Numbered from the stretch's first letter, positions 1 through 11,720 are shown. The stretch: DNA of 64,000 bases from Octopus vulgaris (GCA_951406725.2 OX597818.1:33728001-33792000), one strand, 5' to 3'. Made by a program: numbers and translations. The notes: a model not told the origin generated them from the sequence alone.

Positions 1-235
1 AACATTCCCCAAAAAGAAGCAAGTACTAGAGGCGATTCGATTTCCAGTTGGTGTCATAACGTAATCACTGTAAAATGATGAACACAGGTAAAAGAAAATT
101 AATAATAACAAAGACAATTTTAAGGAATGTGGGTAACTGGAATACTTACCTACTCGTATTTGACAGGTATAATTTTCGATCGGCCAAGAGAAATGGAAGG
201 TAAGTTGACCTGGGCGGTATTTCTACTCAGAACGC

Positions 236-239
<4 letters not shown>

Positions 240-266
<27 letters not shown>

Positions 267-470
267 AATGTATGTATGTATGTATGTATGTATGTATGTG
301 TGTGTGTGTATGTATGTATGTATGTATGTATGTATGTATGTATGTATGTGTGTGTGTGTATGTATGTATGTATGTATGTATGTATGTATGTGTGTAACTA
401 TGTATGTATGTAAGTATACATGTATGTATGCATGTATGTATGTATGCATGTGTGTATGTATGTAGGTATA
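240..470. repeat. (TATG)n/(TG)n compound microsatellite
   Basis: Direct reading; explains ORFs 150..473, 223..588 and 268..465. Confidence 0.95.
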
Positions 471-583
471 CATACACAGGTGGGTGCCTGTGTATATAAA
501 TGTATGTATATCTATATAAAATAGTAAAATAGTAAAATAATAAAATAATATTTATATACATAAGTAGCACATACACACACACA

Positions 584-637
<54 letters not shown>

Positions 638-785
638 GTATTACTAAAATATATGGAATGTATATTCGACTTTTATTAAGTACAACACATGTTTCGACCC
701 GCTCTTCTCGGTTTCTTTCGGTACATCAATAAAAGAGGTCGCACAAGAGATATTTTGTGTCGGCTTGCTTACCGCTATATGTATA

Positions 786-849
<64 letters not shown>

Positions 850-1938
850 TATATATATACATATACACATATATATATATATATATACGTTATTTGCGTA
901 TAAACAATCTTTATCCACCAGTGTAGTGTTGAGTACTCATTCTCATTGTTCAATACTTACGTATACACATATATACACACATTATGCTTGGTATTGTGCC
1001 ACTGCGGTCCGAATGAGATCGAAATGGGATTCTGTTGCTATGTTGAGAAACTGCTACAGAGACACATCGCATAACTTTCACACCTTCATGCGTTGATTAT
1101 GCAGCGCATGTGCCCTAGCACGAATAACGCGCTCTATATCGTTCACTCTAGCGATATGACCGGTATCAATTCCACCTTCATTTAATGTCTTTTTATGCGC
1201 CTATTCTAAGCTATTCACTATCCTCTCTATTCTACTGCTTTCTATTGCTCTTTCTTAAACTCACTTTAACCAAGCATGATGTTGAGAATATTTTCTGTTT
1301 GTTGTGGCTTGTCTAATTCCTTAACCCGGTCCTGAAATCTTCCCTTGTCGAGATTGTCTAGTTTTCTGTAACTTGATCATTAACCTATTGGTCTTGTCTA
1401 AGTTGAACTATCAAATCTCGAATTTGTGGCCTGTGTATCGAAATACCTGACATTGTAGATAGCTTATGCTAAGTTTGTCAGTACATTTAATGAGGTCATC
1501 AATTTACCACCGGAGAAAATCAAGGTGATGTCTGACAGATAGTTGAAAGCGTCTTACGGGGCTAATTCTTTCTAGATTTGGAGCCTAAACGACTATTCAT
1601 CTGAATGTAATGTTTGCTGTCCCTGCATATTATTTGTTTAATGTCTCTGCATATTATCTGTGCTTACCTGTGACAAAATTCCTATGATCACGTGTAAGGG
1701 TCACGGATAAAAGCTTTTTGTTACTCAGTCTATGGAGTGCTGAAACCATTCTTTCTTCTTCGTTATAGCTTTCTTGATTTAACTGTTTATCTCATCAGCC
1801 AAATGAGATTTTGCTACATCCTTCAGCCTTTCTTGTACCAGAGCGAATTTATGCATATCTTCATATATTATCCTTAATAACATCTGAGTTAATATTTTGT
1901 AGCGAAGCGTACAGACAAAATAGCCTAACAGTATGTCT

Positions 1939-2238
1939 GGGTTTTTTTCTAGCCCTTTTCAAGCCAAGCCTAGCCAGGCTAATGGGCCCGGTGTCCCGGT
2001 TTCTGTGGCTAGTGTGTTTCCCCCATCGCAGCGTAACTCAAGAAACAGGAAGAGAGAGTGAGAGAAAGTTGGAGCGAAAGAGTACAACAGCGGACGCCAC
2101 CCCATCCCCTGCCAGCGCATCGTGGAGCTTTAGGTGTTTTCGCTCAATAAACACACACAACGCCCGGTCTGGGAATCGAAACCGCAATCCTACGACCGCG
2201 AGTTCGGTTCCCTAATCACTGGGCCATTTCGACTCCAC
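1939..2238 (-). mobile_element. tRNA-derived SINE (octopus OR-like head) with 12-bp TSD
   Basis: Minus-strand head with A box TGGCCCAGTGA and B box GGTTTCGATTCC. Perfect TSD AACAGTATGTCT at 1927-1938 and 2239-2250. Confidence 0.92.
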
Positions 2239-2485
2239 AACAGTATGTCTTTACTGATCCTTAAAACATGTTTTTTGTGTATTTAGTGTTAGCTGTTTGT
2301 TAAGACTAGTAGGATTACATGGCTCCCCCTAAGTTAGGTATTCCAGTGATTCTCTCAGTGTTATTTTCCTCATCGCCAAGAGTGCCTGATATTTCCCTGC
2401 TGAATATTATATTTCGACCAGAAGATTGCGGCATCGTATTTGCAAGTTTTTCTCCATTTATTTGAGATTTGAATTGTCTGGGGTA

Positions 2486-2882
2486 TCTTTATATATAAAA
2501 GTGAGGTTGTATGCTGTCTGTCTCCTACGATTTAGATTCCTAACTACTCCCACATTTTGCAGTGCAGTTTAACCAAAACCGGGTATCTTATAGTCGTGAT
2601 TCATATCGAGCCCTTCTGGGTATTAGCGCGCGTCTACGATGAGTCTACGATTTTAAAAAAATTACCATCAATTTTTCTCATTTTTAATGCATTTTTGGCA
2701 TATATAAGGGAAGTAACTCTCTAAAAATTTATTATTAAATCTCAGAACGTAAAAAGCTACAGTAACCCCACCCCCGCTTTGTGGTTAGCCATATTGAGAT
2801 GGCTATTATACTTTACATCTCTAAAAATGCTTATATAGTTATTTCCCTTACAAACCCGAGCAACGCCGGGCGATACTGCTAG
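2486..2882 (+). mobile_element. Non-autonomous Helitron
   Basis: 5' TC(TTTATATATAAAA), subterminal hairpin CCCGAGCAACGCCGGG, 3' CTAG at 2879-2882, inserted between host A (2485) and T (2883) with no TSD. Confidence 0.85.
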
Positions 2883-3423
2883 TTCCTTGTGAAATGTTCT
2901 TATGGTAAGATTCTTACTTTGAATAATTGCATTTATAATGATTCCCTGTCCATATTCCAACCTAGATTTCTTTTACTTCGCTTACTCTTGGTACTACATT
3001 GATTTCTATTTCATATTAACAAGTTCTTGAGAAAAACGTTTTGAATTGAAGTCAAGCTGTTTCTTTTGTTGAACGAAGAATTGCCACTCTTCGCAAAGCC
3101 AGATTCTTCAAAATTCACCGATGATCTCTTGCTTCAGGCGCTTGGATTTCGCTTCTTTATTTTTTCCAAGGAGTTTTGTTATGTCATATTTGTTTAATAT
3201 TTCTTTCCTCTTTTACCATTTGTGTCGTTTCGTCATTGATTTCATCTAAGATTGACAAATATTTCTCTTATCTTTTCTATTTTATTCTGTATATTTGTTT
3301 CCCAATTTGTTTTTTTGGGAGATTTTATGTCCGTACAAGAATAAATCTGACGGCCCTCAGACATTATTTTTTTCGCTGTAACTACATTGCTAATATATAT
3401 ACATTATTGTTATTAGCATTATA

Positions 3424-3456
<33 letters not shown>

Positions 3457-3551
3457 GGTGGTGGTGGTGGTGGTGGTGGTGGTGGTGGTGGTGGTGGTGG
3501 TCGTCGTCGTCGTCGTGGTCGTGGTGGTGGTCGTGGTCGTCGTGGTCGTCG
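3424..3551. repeat. (GTA)n(GTG)n(GTC)n trinucleotide microsatellite
   Basis: Direct reading. Confidence 0.95.
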
Positions 3552-3552
3552 T

Positions 3553-3780
3553 GAAAGAACCCCGTTGCATGCGTGAGGGTGGGGGTGTATGTGTGTGTAT
3601 GTGTTTGTGTGTGTTTGTGTCTATGTATGTCCCCCTTCACCGCTTGACAACCGGTGTTGTCGTGCTTACGTCCCCGTAATTTTTCGGTTTACAAATAATT
3701 ACTAGGGTTAATCCATTCGACAAAAGATTCTTCAGGGCGGTACCCCACCATGGCCGCAGTCTAATGACTGAAACAAATAA
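3553..3780 (+). mobile_element. Partial (3' half) CORE-type SINE with internal microsatellite
   Basis: Matches the 3' half of the full copy at 49383-49810 (CGCTTGACAACCG...CATGGCCGCAGTC.AATGACTGAAACAA). Confidence 0.75.
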
Positions 3781-4067
3781 CAGACACTAAATAAATTAGA
3801 AAATGATGAAGAGGGGATTAATTCGGTCTAGTTTACATCATTTCGTCAAATCATTTATTCAGTAATTTTAAGCAAAGAGGAAATCGAAAGTGAATTTCAG
3901 TTTTATAAAAATCGAAACATACGTCATATTTTGTTACGTTGCGCACCATTGCATTCTACGTACCAGGCGAATAACCAGGCTAAGCCGCAGAAGGTAAAAT
4001 GAAGTTATTAAGACTGAGAAAGACAAACGATTCATCTTTGATAACACGTACGAAAACTAAAGGAAAT

Positions 4068-4449
4068 GGAAGCACTCCGTCGGTTACGACGACGAGGGTT
4101 CCGGTTGATCCGAATCAACGGTACAGCCTGCTCGTGAAATTAACGTGTAAGTGGCTGAGCACTCCACAGACACGTGTACCCTTAACGTAGTTCTCGGGGA
4201 TATTCAGCGTGACACAGAGAGTGACAAGGCCGGCCCTTTGAAATACAGGTACAACAGAAACAAGAAGTAAAAGTGAGAGACAGTTGTGGTGAAAGAGTAC
4301 AGCAGGGATCACCATCATCCCCTGCCGGAGTCTTGTGGAGCTTTTAGGTGTTTTCGCTCAATAAACACTCACAACGCCCGGTCTGGAAATCGAAACCGCG
4401 ATCCTATGACCGCGAGTCCGCTGCCCTAACCACTGGGCCATTGCGCCCC
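4068..4449 (-). mobile_element. tRNA-derived SINE (OR-like), full length, 11-bp TSD
   Basis: Head GGCGCAATGGCCCAGTGGTTAGGGCAGCGGACTCGCGG with B box; TSD CTAAAGGAAAT at 4057-4067 and 4450-4460. Confidence 0.92.
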
Positions 4450-4538
4450 CTAAAGGAAATACACATCAGGGAAGTCATACATAGGTGCCTAATATACGCA
4501 CACACACACATACACATATATAATTATGTATATATGTG

Positions 4539-4750
4539 TACAAATTTTATAATTATAAGCATAATTATAATTAAATTTCAGCAAATAGCTTCACCACATA
4601 CCGAAATTTAGAAATACCAGTAACGTGAATTAAGAGAATTGATGTCTGGGAGAATTTGTAACTGCTATTTCTAAATGTCGGTAAATTTCTAAATGAAGCA
4701 ATTTGCTGAACCCTAATTATAATTATGCTTATAATTATAAAATTTTTGTA
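4539..4750. repeat. Long imperfect inverted repeat (arms ~4539-4620 and ~4662-4750)
   Basis: AAATTTTATAATTATAAGCATAATTATAATTA...TTCAGCAAAT.GCTTCA...TTTAGAAATA.CAG recurs as its reverse complement. Confidence 0.85.
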
Positions 4751-4935
4751 TAAAGTTACCGATAAGCGTTATTGCAACATACCGAACTACTTGGTAAAAT
4801 TATTAGTTATTAAGTAATGAATTACTTTTACCATTTATTATTGAAATATATATATATACTCTATGACGTATTGAAATATATATATATATATATATACTCT
4901 ATGACGTATTAAAATATATATATACACTCTATGAC

Positions 4936-5009
4936 GGTCGCACTGATGAATTGCGGATATTTACGCATGTATATATGTAAATGGTAACAATGAAATCTAG
5001 TATGTGACT
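4936..5009 (+). ncRNA. Type I hammerhead ribozyme motif, intact core
   Basis: Stem I GUCGCA/UGUGAC; CUGAUGA at 4943-4949; stem II AUUG/CAAU with inner AUUUAC/GUAAAU; GAAA at 4992-4995; short stem III; GUA cleavage triplet ending at 5002. Confidence 0.75.
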
Positions 5010-5263
5010 AATCAATGTATTTTGTATCTTTTCATTTGTCTTGCTCGCTTACATTCTGGCGTTTGCCGAATTTTCTTGAGAACAAAATTTTTCTTAGTCG
5101 TCAGACCATATGGGGTTTACATTTAGCATATTGGATGACCACTTAGTGATCATCCCTCTTATATATGTGTAATATAATTTTTCTGAATCTTCAGATATTT
5201 TCAATATGCCAGCCCACTGGTTTAAAATGATATTAATCAAATTAATATCAATTTTTTTACCCT

Positions 5264-5460
<197 letters not shown>

Positions 5461-5601
5461 AGTGTACATTTAAACACAAAGAGAGATTACCTATAACAGG
5501 CAATTTCTACACCCTAGGAGACAGTCAAAACGACCGAAAACCACAAAATTTAAGCTATTTCAAAGGGAATGAAAAAGTAAAATCTTTTACCTTGTTTTTA
5601 T

Positions 5602-5668
5602 GGTTATACCTATAGGTTTCGGATTTTTTTAGTAAATAAAATACTTAACTAAATCCTCATCATTAACC
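5602..5668 (-). ncRNA. Type I hammerhead motif with C3->A core substitution
   Basis: Minus strand: GGUUA-aUGAUGA-GGAUUU...AAAUCC-GAAA-CCUAUAGG-UA-UAACC. Perfect stems I and II; palindromic stem III ACCUAUAGGU. Confidence 0.75.
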
Positions 5669-5900
5669 GTGCCATCCAAGACTGACCTATAATTATGAGA
5701 CCAATAGCACGTGCCTCATCTTTATATGTTATATTTTTTTCAAAATACCCCACGCAAGCGCAGTTTCAGTCGGCAGAAAATGAAAAATGCCGAAACGAAT
5801 TTTGAAAAGCTAATATCGATACTTAGATATCTATATAGAGTAGTAAATTTTTAGAAATTCTACGACCAGTGGACTAGCATGTATAAAACTCAATATATAT

Positions 5901-5957
<57 letters not shown>

Positions 5958-6122
5958 CAGCAGTTGTATACTGTAAACTTAACGTGACAGTCCCATAAAG
6001 GGAATCACACCACCGCTATTTAGCCCTAGGAAGTATCAACGCTTCCTGTCAGCCTTGACACATTTCCTGTGTCTTTATGTTTACAAAGGGGAGACAAGCA
6101 CCCCCATCCAGTTAAGCCTGCA

Positions 6123-6165
6123 CCCAGACACATGTTTCTAAGTCTTTGCTCGTCATCAGTCTGGA
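6123..6165 (-). ncRNA. Minimal type I hammerhead motif (decayed: G17 and a stem II mismatch)
   Basis: Minus strand: CCAGA-CUGAUGA-CGAG CAAAGA CUUA-GAAA-CAUGU-G-UCUGG; palindromic ACAUGU stem III. Confidence 0.7.
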
Positions 6166-6384
6166 GTAGCGTGGCCTGCTAGCTGAAGATACCTGTCTAG
6201 ACTTTGTAAACATATATATATATATATATACTTTCAGTGAAGTAAATTTACTGATCACCAAAAAATAGAAATATTAAATTTCTAAATATCTCACAGAGAT
6301 TGGCAAAAAATCTTGAAATAAAATTGAACAATGACATATATACATACACACATACACACATATGCTATACATCTGTATGCGTGT

Positions 6385-6583
6385 GAACAGACCAACACCT
6401 TGAAAACTGGTGTTAGTTCGTTTACGTTCTTATCAGCTTACCAGTTTGGCAAAAGCGTCAATAGAATACTTACCAGGTTTTATAAATATATATATACTGT
6501 AATCGATTTGCTCAACTGAACGATCCGAAGTACTATCCCAGCATGGCTGCCGTCCAATGACTGAAACAAGTAAAAGATAAAAG
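6385..6583 (+). mobile_element. Decayed 3' part of CORE-type SINE
   Basis: CCAGCATGGCTGCCGTCCAATGACTGAAACAAGTAAAAGATAAAAGA tail. Confidence 0.7.
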
Positions 6584-7018
6584 AATAACAATGAAGAGAA
6601 ACACTTGCCAGTTTTTCGAAGGAAGATAAATTGATCTAGGAAGTCTCTTACAAAGATAATTAAACGGTCAGACCATTCCGTTTTGTTTCAGTCCGTGTTT
6701 GTTTCTTTACTTGTTTTCTCATTGCTTTTATTATATCTTTTCTCTTATTATTTGCATGATTGCAGCACTGTTGTTTTCGCCTCCGTTCTTGTTGTTGTTG
6801 TTGTTGTTGTTTTTCTTCTCCTATTGTTCTAACCTATTTCAACTGTCTTATTTATCGACTTATTCCTTGTGAAATTGAACGAGATGAAACAAGTGTAGGG
6901 AAAAAAGAAACATATTTCATTTATAGAGAAAAGCTTTGCCCTCTATTAGTGACAAGAGGCAACATTCCACACCGATCGATTGTTCCAGCACTTATTGAGT
7001 TTTCACCATCAATTCTTA

Positions 7019-7028
7019 TAACAATAAC

Positions 7029-7087
<59 letters not shown>

Positions 7088-7120
7088 TAATAATAATAAT
7101 AATAATAATAATAATAGTAA

Positions 7121-7151
<31 letters not shown>

Positions 7152-7155
7152 AATG

Positions 7156-7219
<64 letters not shown>

Positions 7220-7242
7220 CAGCAACAACAACATCAACAATA
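7019..7242. repeat. (AAT)n microsatellite
   Basis: Direct reading; source of the poly-I and poly-L ORFs. Confidence 0.97.
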
Positions 7243-7733
7243 ACACCTATGAATAAAATGTAAAAACGATCGCAGTAACTAGAAGTGTCAAATTTAAGCT
7301 TAAGAGAAAATAAATAAAGAAAGAAAGCAAGTTCTTTCTTAGAATAAATTTTTCGACTTGAAAATTAATTGACTGCAAAGAAAATGATTGAATTGTGTCC
7401 AATTTGAATCGATGAATACATAATTGTTATTTGTAAAAGACCACTTCTCTAAAATATTGAAGTCGAAAACGATGCCGATGCCGATGCGTTGTTAACTGCG
7501 ATAAACGCTCACACATATAGATGCAACTACAAATAAAAACCATTTCATATAGCTACACGCATATTTTGTGTGTGCGTGTATGTGTGTATGTGTGATTGTG
7601 TGTATATGTGACTGCGTGTGATTGTGTATATATGTGAGTGTATTTGAGTGCATATATATATATTATATATGTATGTATATACAGATAGATATATGTATAA
7701 AAATATACATACACATTTATATGTGTATGTGTG

Positions 7734-7774
<41 letters not shown>

Positions 7775-8885
7775 TGCACACTTCTTTATTGCTTCATTCA
7801 TTGTTTTATACAAACACACACGTGTGTGTGTGTGTGTGTGTGTGTATACAGAGAGACAGAGAGAGAATGAATTATTAAAGAAGGAAGGAAAGCAGGAAAG
7901 GAAAAGTAGTAAAGAAAAAATTGGAAACAAGAGAATGATAGTTTTTGTGTTTTATTTTTATTTTTTGCTCTGTTTTTCAGCAAAAAATATTCGATTCGTT
8001 TCCAATATTCTTTGCTGTAAGAACCCTTTGATTAAAATGTAAGGTTGTGTGTGCGCCAATTTACATTAGTTTAAGTGATGTATTGTCGCTACATATGTGC
8101 GCATATGCTTTTCCGTCTCTCAGTACGTATGAGTGCCAAATATAAATGAATTTGCATTAGTTTGCATGGTCAATTAACTATATTTGTCACAGTATGTACG
8201 TGTTTTTACGTGTGTGTGTGTGTGTGTGTGTGTGTTCTCTAATCAGTTTTTGTAACTTCCTTCTTGTCATTTTTTTTTTGTATTTATATTATAAAATGGT
8301 GTTTTATATTTAATTTTATGTAAATTCCTCAGAATTGATAAGAAGCCACTACCAACTCCAATTTCCAGTGCTTGTTCGATACACGGTCAATCTATTTCGA
8401 TCCAATTGCTACTGTCTTTAGAACACGTCATGAAATCGATTATCCATCGTTGCTGATCGAAGGACTCGATAATCTTCTGTCTATAAATAATATTGGTTAA
8501 GAATAGTTTTTGAAGCATTCTGAAAGTATCTTTTCAGTATCTTTCCAAGGTAGGTTTTATTCTAGGTTTATATATAAAGTGACAACATCGCATGCTTTTC
8601 AAGGATTTGTCAATTAGTATACCAGCCACTTGTAACGTCAACAACTCCTAATCATCGTATGGTTAAACAAGTAACTATCTATCGTTTACAAGTAGCGGGT
8701 GAGATGAATAGTAACCGAAACTCGATGTGAACCGAGGTAACTTCTACACGTATTCCATATTTTCTATATTTGGTATACTTGATGTCCAATTTTTGTGATT
8801 TCTGTAAATCTTATACATCTAAAATAATGACAACAACTACACAGTACCGAAAAACCATAGTTGATCAGTTTGTATATTCAGTATA

Positions 8886-9262
8886 TGGAGGTGCAAGGCC
8901 CAGTGGCTAGGGCAGCGGACTCGCCGTCGTAGGATCGCGGTTTCGATTCCAACACTGGGCGTTATGAGTGTTTATTGAGCGAAAACACATAAAGCTCCAC
9001 GAAGCTCCGACAGGGGGCAGTGGCGAACCCTGCTGTACTCTTTCACCACAACTTTCTCTCACTCTATCTTCCTGTTTCTTTTGTACCTATATTTCAAAGG
9101 GCTAATCTTGTCACATTCTGTTCCACGCTGAATCTCCCTGAGAACTACGTTAAAGTTACACGTGTCTGCAGAGTGCTCAGCCACATGCACGTTAATTTCA
9201 CAAGCAGGCTGTTCCACTGAGCAGATCATCTGGTACCCTCATTGTCGTAAGCGACGGAGAGC
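8886..9262 (+). mobile_element. tRNA-derived SINE (OR-like), same subfamily as 4068-4449
   Basis: A/B boxes and the same body and tail as 4068-4449; short AGTATA flanking repeat. Confidence 0.9.
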
Positions 9263-9577
9263 TAGTATAGTGTGTTTTTTTCTGTAGCTTCAGCTCAGAA
9301 CTGCGGCCATGCCATTGTTTTCAGCCAAGGTGATTTGATTTCCTCCTCTTACTCAACTAGACTTGTTTACATATATAGTTACTTAGTTTTGCACCAAGCT
9401 CTAAAATCAAAATTATATTTCTCAAAATAAGAAGATATTCCAAGTGAGATACGTAAACCACAATCAGTTTAGGACTGCTTCTGAATTTTGATTGTACGTA
9501 TTTAACATTGGTTATGTTATTTTTACTTATAGTAAGATCTCCATTAATATTCTTTTTACTATTTCTAATAATATTTT

Positions 9578-10157
9578 TTCTACTCTAGGCATAAGGCCCA
9601 ATATTTTGGGAGAAGGAGCTAGTCAATTACATTGATCCCAGTGCGTAACTGGTACTTAATTTATCGACCGCGAAATGATGAAAGGCAAAGTCGACCTCGG
9701 CGGAATTTGAACTCAGAACGTAGCGGCAGACGAAATACCTATTTCTTTACTACCCACAAGGGGCTAAACACAGAGAGGACAAATAAGGACAGACAACCAG
9801 ATTAAGTCGATTATATTGACACCAGTGCGTAACTGGTACTTATTTAATCGACCGCTAAAGGATGAGTGGCAAAGTCGACCTCGGCGGAATTTGAACTCAG
9901 AACGTAGCGGCAGACGAAATACCTATTTCTTTACTACCCACAAGGGGCTAAACACAGAGAGGACAAACAAGGACAGACAACCAGATTAAGTCGATTATAT
10001 TGACATCAGTGCGTAACTGGTACTTATTTAATAGACCGCGAAAGGATGAAAGGCAAAGTCGACCTCGGTGGAACTTGAACACAGAACGTAGCAACAGACG
10101 AAATACGGCTACGCATTTCGCCCGGCGTGCTAACGTTTCTGACAGCTCGCCGCCTTA
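9578..10157 (-). mobile_element. Meta-domain-like tRNA SINE with tandemly reiterated ~184-bp internal unit
   Basis: Head AAGGCGGCGAGCTG.CAGAA.CGTTAGCACGCCGGGCG; conserved GTCGACTTTGCCTTTCATCCTTT...GATAAA.TAAGTACCAG repeated three times. Confidence 0.9.
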
Positions 10158-10866
10158 ATATTTCTATTAATATTAACATCAATATTATTGTTGTTACTGA
10201 TGTCGCTACTAAGCCAACGGGATTCCAGTCATAATATTCTTCTATTATCCTTCTTCTCTTTACAAATATTTTGAATCGAATGACAAAATTACCTAATGTA
10301 TCAAAGCTTTTCATTATATCTTATTTAGATATTTTTGTGACAATAAAGTGTGACAGCAAGGGAATTTTTACTTCTATTTCTAACACGTTCATTCGTAAGC
10401 GTGTTGTATTTATTTACGCTGTTGTTCCTACAGCTGGAGACACTTTTCGTTGTTGCTGTTATCCTTCTTTTCGCTACTGTCGCTGATGCAAACAGTTTTA
10501 TGGAATAAAATATATGTTTGACAGAATATAGAAATTTGACAGCCTTGAGACACGATAATTTTTTTTTTTCTCTCGCTTCTGCTTGTGTTGTACAGTGTAA
10601 TGTCTTAAGTGGTTCCATCTAATATTTCCATGTTTGACATGATTATTACTTTCTGACTCCAAGATCTTATTTTCGACAAATATTCCAATATTTCAAATAT
10701 TCTCATGCTGGCTGATCGCATGCTTTTCCAGACCTGTATATATTGACGCAATAGCATTTGTTGCTTCTGCTGAAGAGGTTAGAATGGTATTAGTGTCATT
10801 ATTATAGTTACTCTTCTGCTTGTTGTTGTTGTTGTTGCTGTTGTTATTATTATTATTATTATTATT

Positions 10867-11719
10867 CAGTAGTTTTATTTTTTATAGCGTGCTTTCACTT
10901 CCCTACCGAGCGCAACTCTGTGTGCCTTGGGTATGTGCTGTGATTTGTTGTGATGCTCTGATGGTTATTGTATGGAAAGTGTTCTGCGTAGGATGTATGC
11001 AGTGCCTAGTAGTGCAATTTTCTGTATGTTATGTGTGTTTGCAAGTCCTGGTGATTTTGTTATGTATTTGTGTGAATATTTTTTTATCATGCCTAATGCA
11101 CCTACTATGATAGGAATTGTTTCTGTTTTTAGATTCCACATTCTGGTTACCTCCATTTCCAGGTCTTTGTATTTTGAAAGTTTCTCCCTTTCTTTTAGAG
11201 ACACGTTGTCATCTGTCGGTATTGATACATCAATTAGAAAGCATTTTTTTTTTCATGATCTCTGACAACTATATCTGGTCTGTTGGCCTTAATTTTTCTG
11301 TCTGTGTTTGTCGGCATATCCCAAAGTATGGTTGCTTTTTCGTTTTCTGTGACCTTTTCTGGTGTGTGCCTATACCATCTTTTTTCTGTTGTTATTCCAT
11401 AATGTTGGCATAGCTTCCAGTGTATGTAGGTCCCAACTCTGTCATGTCTGTGAATATATTCCTTCTTAGCCAGGACTGGGCAGCCAGAGATAATATGATT
11501 TATTGTTTCTTGTCCATCTCCACATATTCTGCAGTTACTTGTAATATTTCTTTTCTTTACATGTTTTTGGTAATTTCTGGTGGGGAGGCTTTGGTCTTGT
11601 GCTGCAATTAAAAATCCCTCTGTCTCTGCTTTGAGTCCGGAGCTTCTCAACCATTGCTGGGATTTTTCTTTGTCTATTTCTTTTGCATTTAGTTTAGTCC
11701 AGTATTTACCGTGAAGGGG

Positions 11720-11720
<1 letters not shown>
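10867..11720 (-). mobile_element. 5'-truncated R4/Dong-clade non-LTR retrotransposon (CCHC knuckle, restriction-like endonuclease, 3' UTR)
   Basis: ORFs 11234..11809 and 10965..11204 give KPLHGKY..WLRSSGLKAETEGFLIAAQDQ, CRICGDGQETINHIISGC, RHD, NRPDIVV, KLSKYKDL and PIIVGALG, with one frameshift. Both ends abut (TTA)n. Confidence 0.92.

Larger units (their letters stand above)
1140..3360 (-). mobile_element. Highly decayed R4/Dong-like non-LTR retrotransposon RT region, interrupted by a SINE and a Helitron
   Basis: Minus-strand translation across stops and frameshifts gives ordered motifs AAIFWSK, YKILTQMLLRIIYE, EGCSKISFG..DKQL, ID..KAF, IDDL and FNLDK. These match the R4-clade RT order FWS.IW / YKILT / KGC..GS.G.KDQL / IDY.KAFDS / YMDDL / FGLDKC. 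Confidence 0.55.

Noticed and set aside
9578-10157. Regularly spaced repeats resembling a CRISPR array
   Set aside because: The whole ~184-bp unit repeats with no unique spacers; it is a SINE concatemer in eukaryotic DNA.
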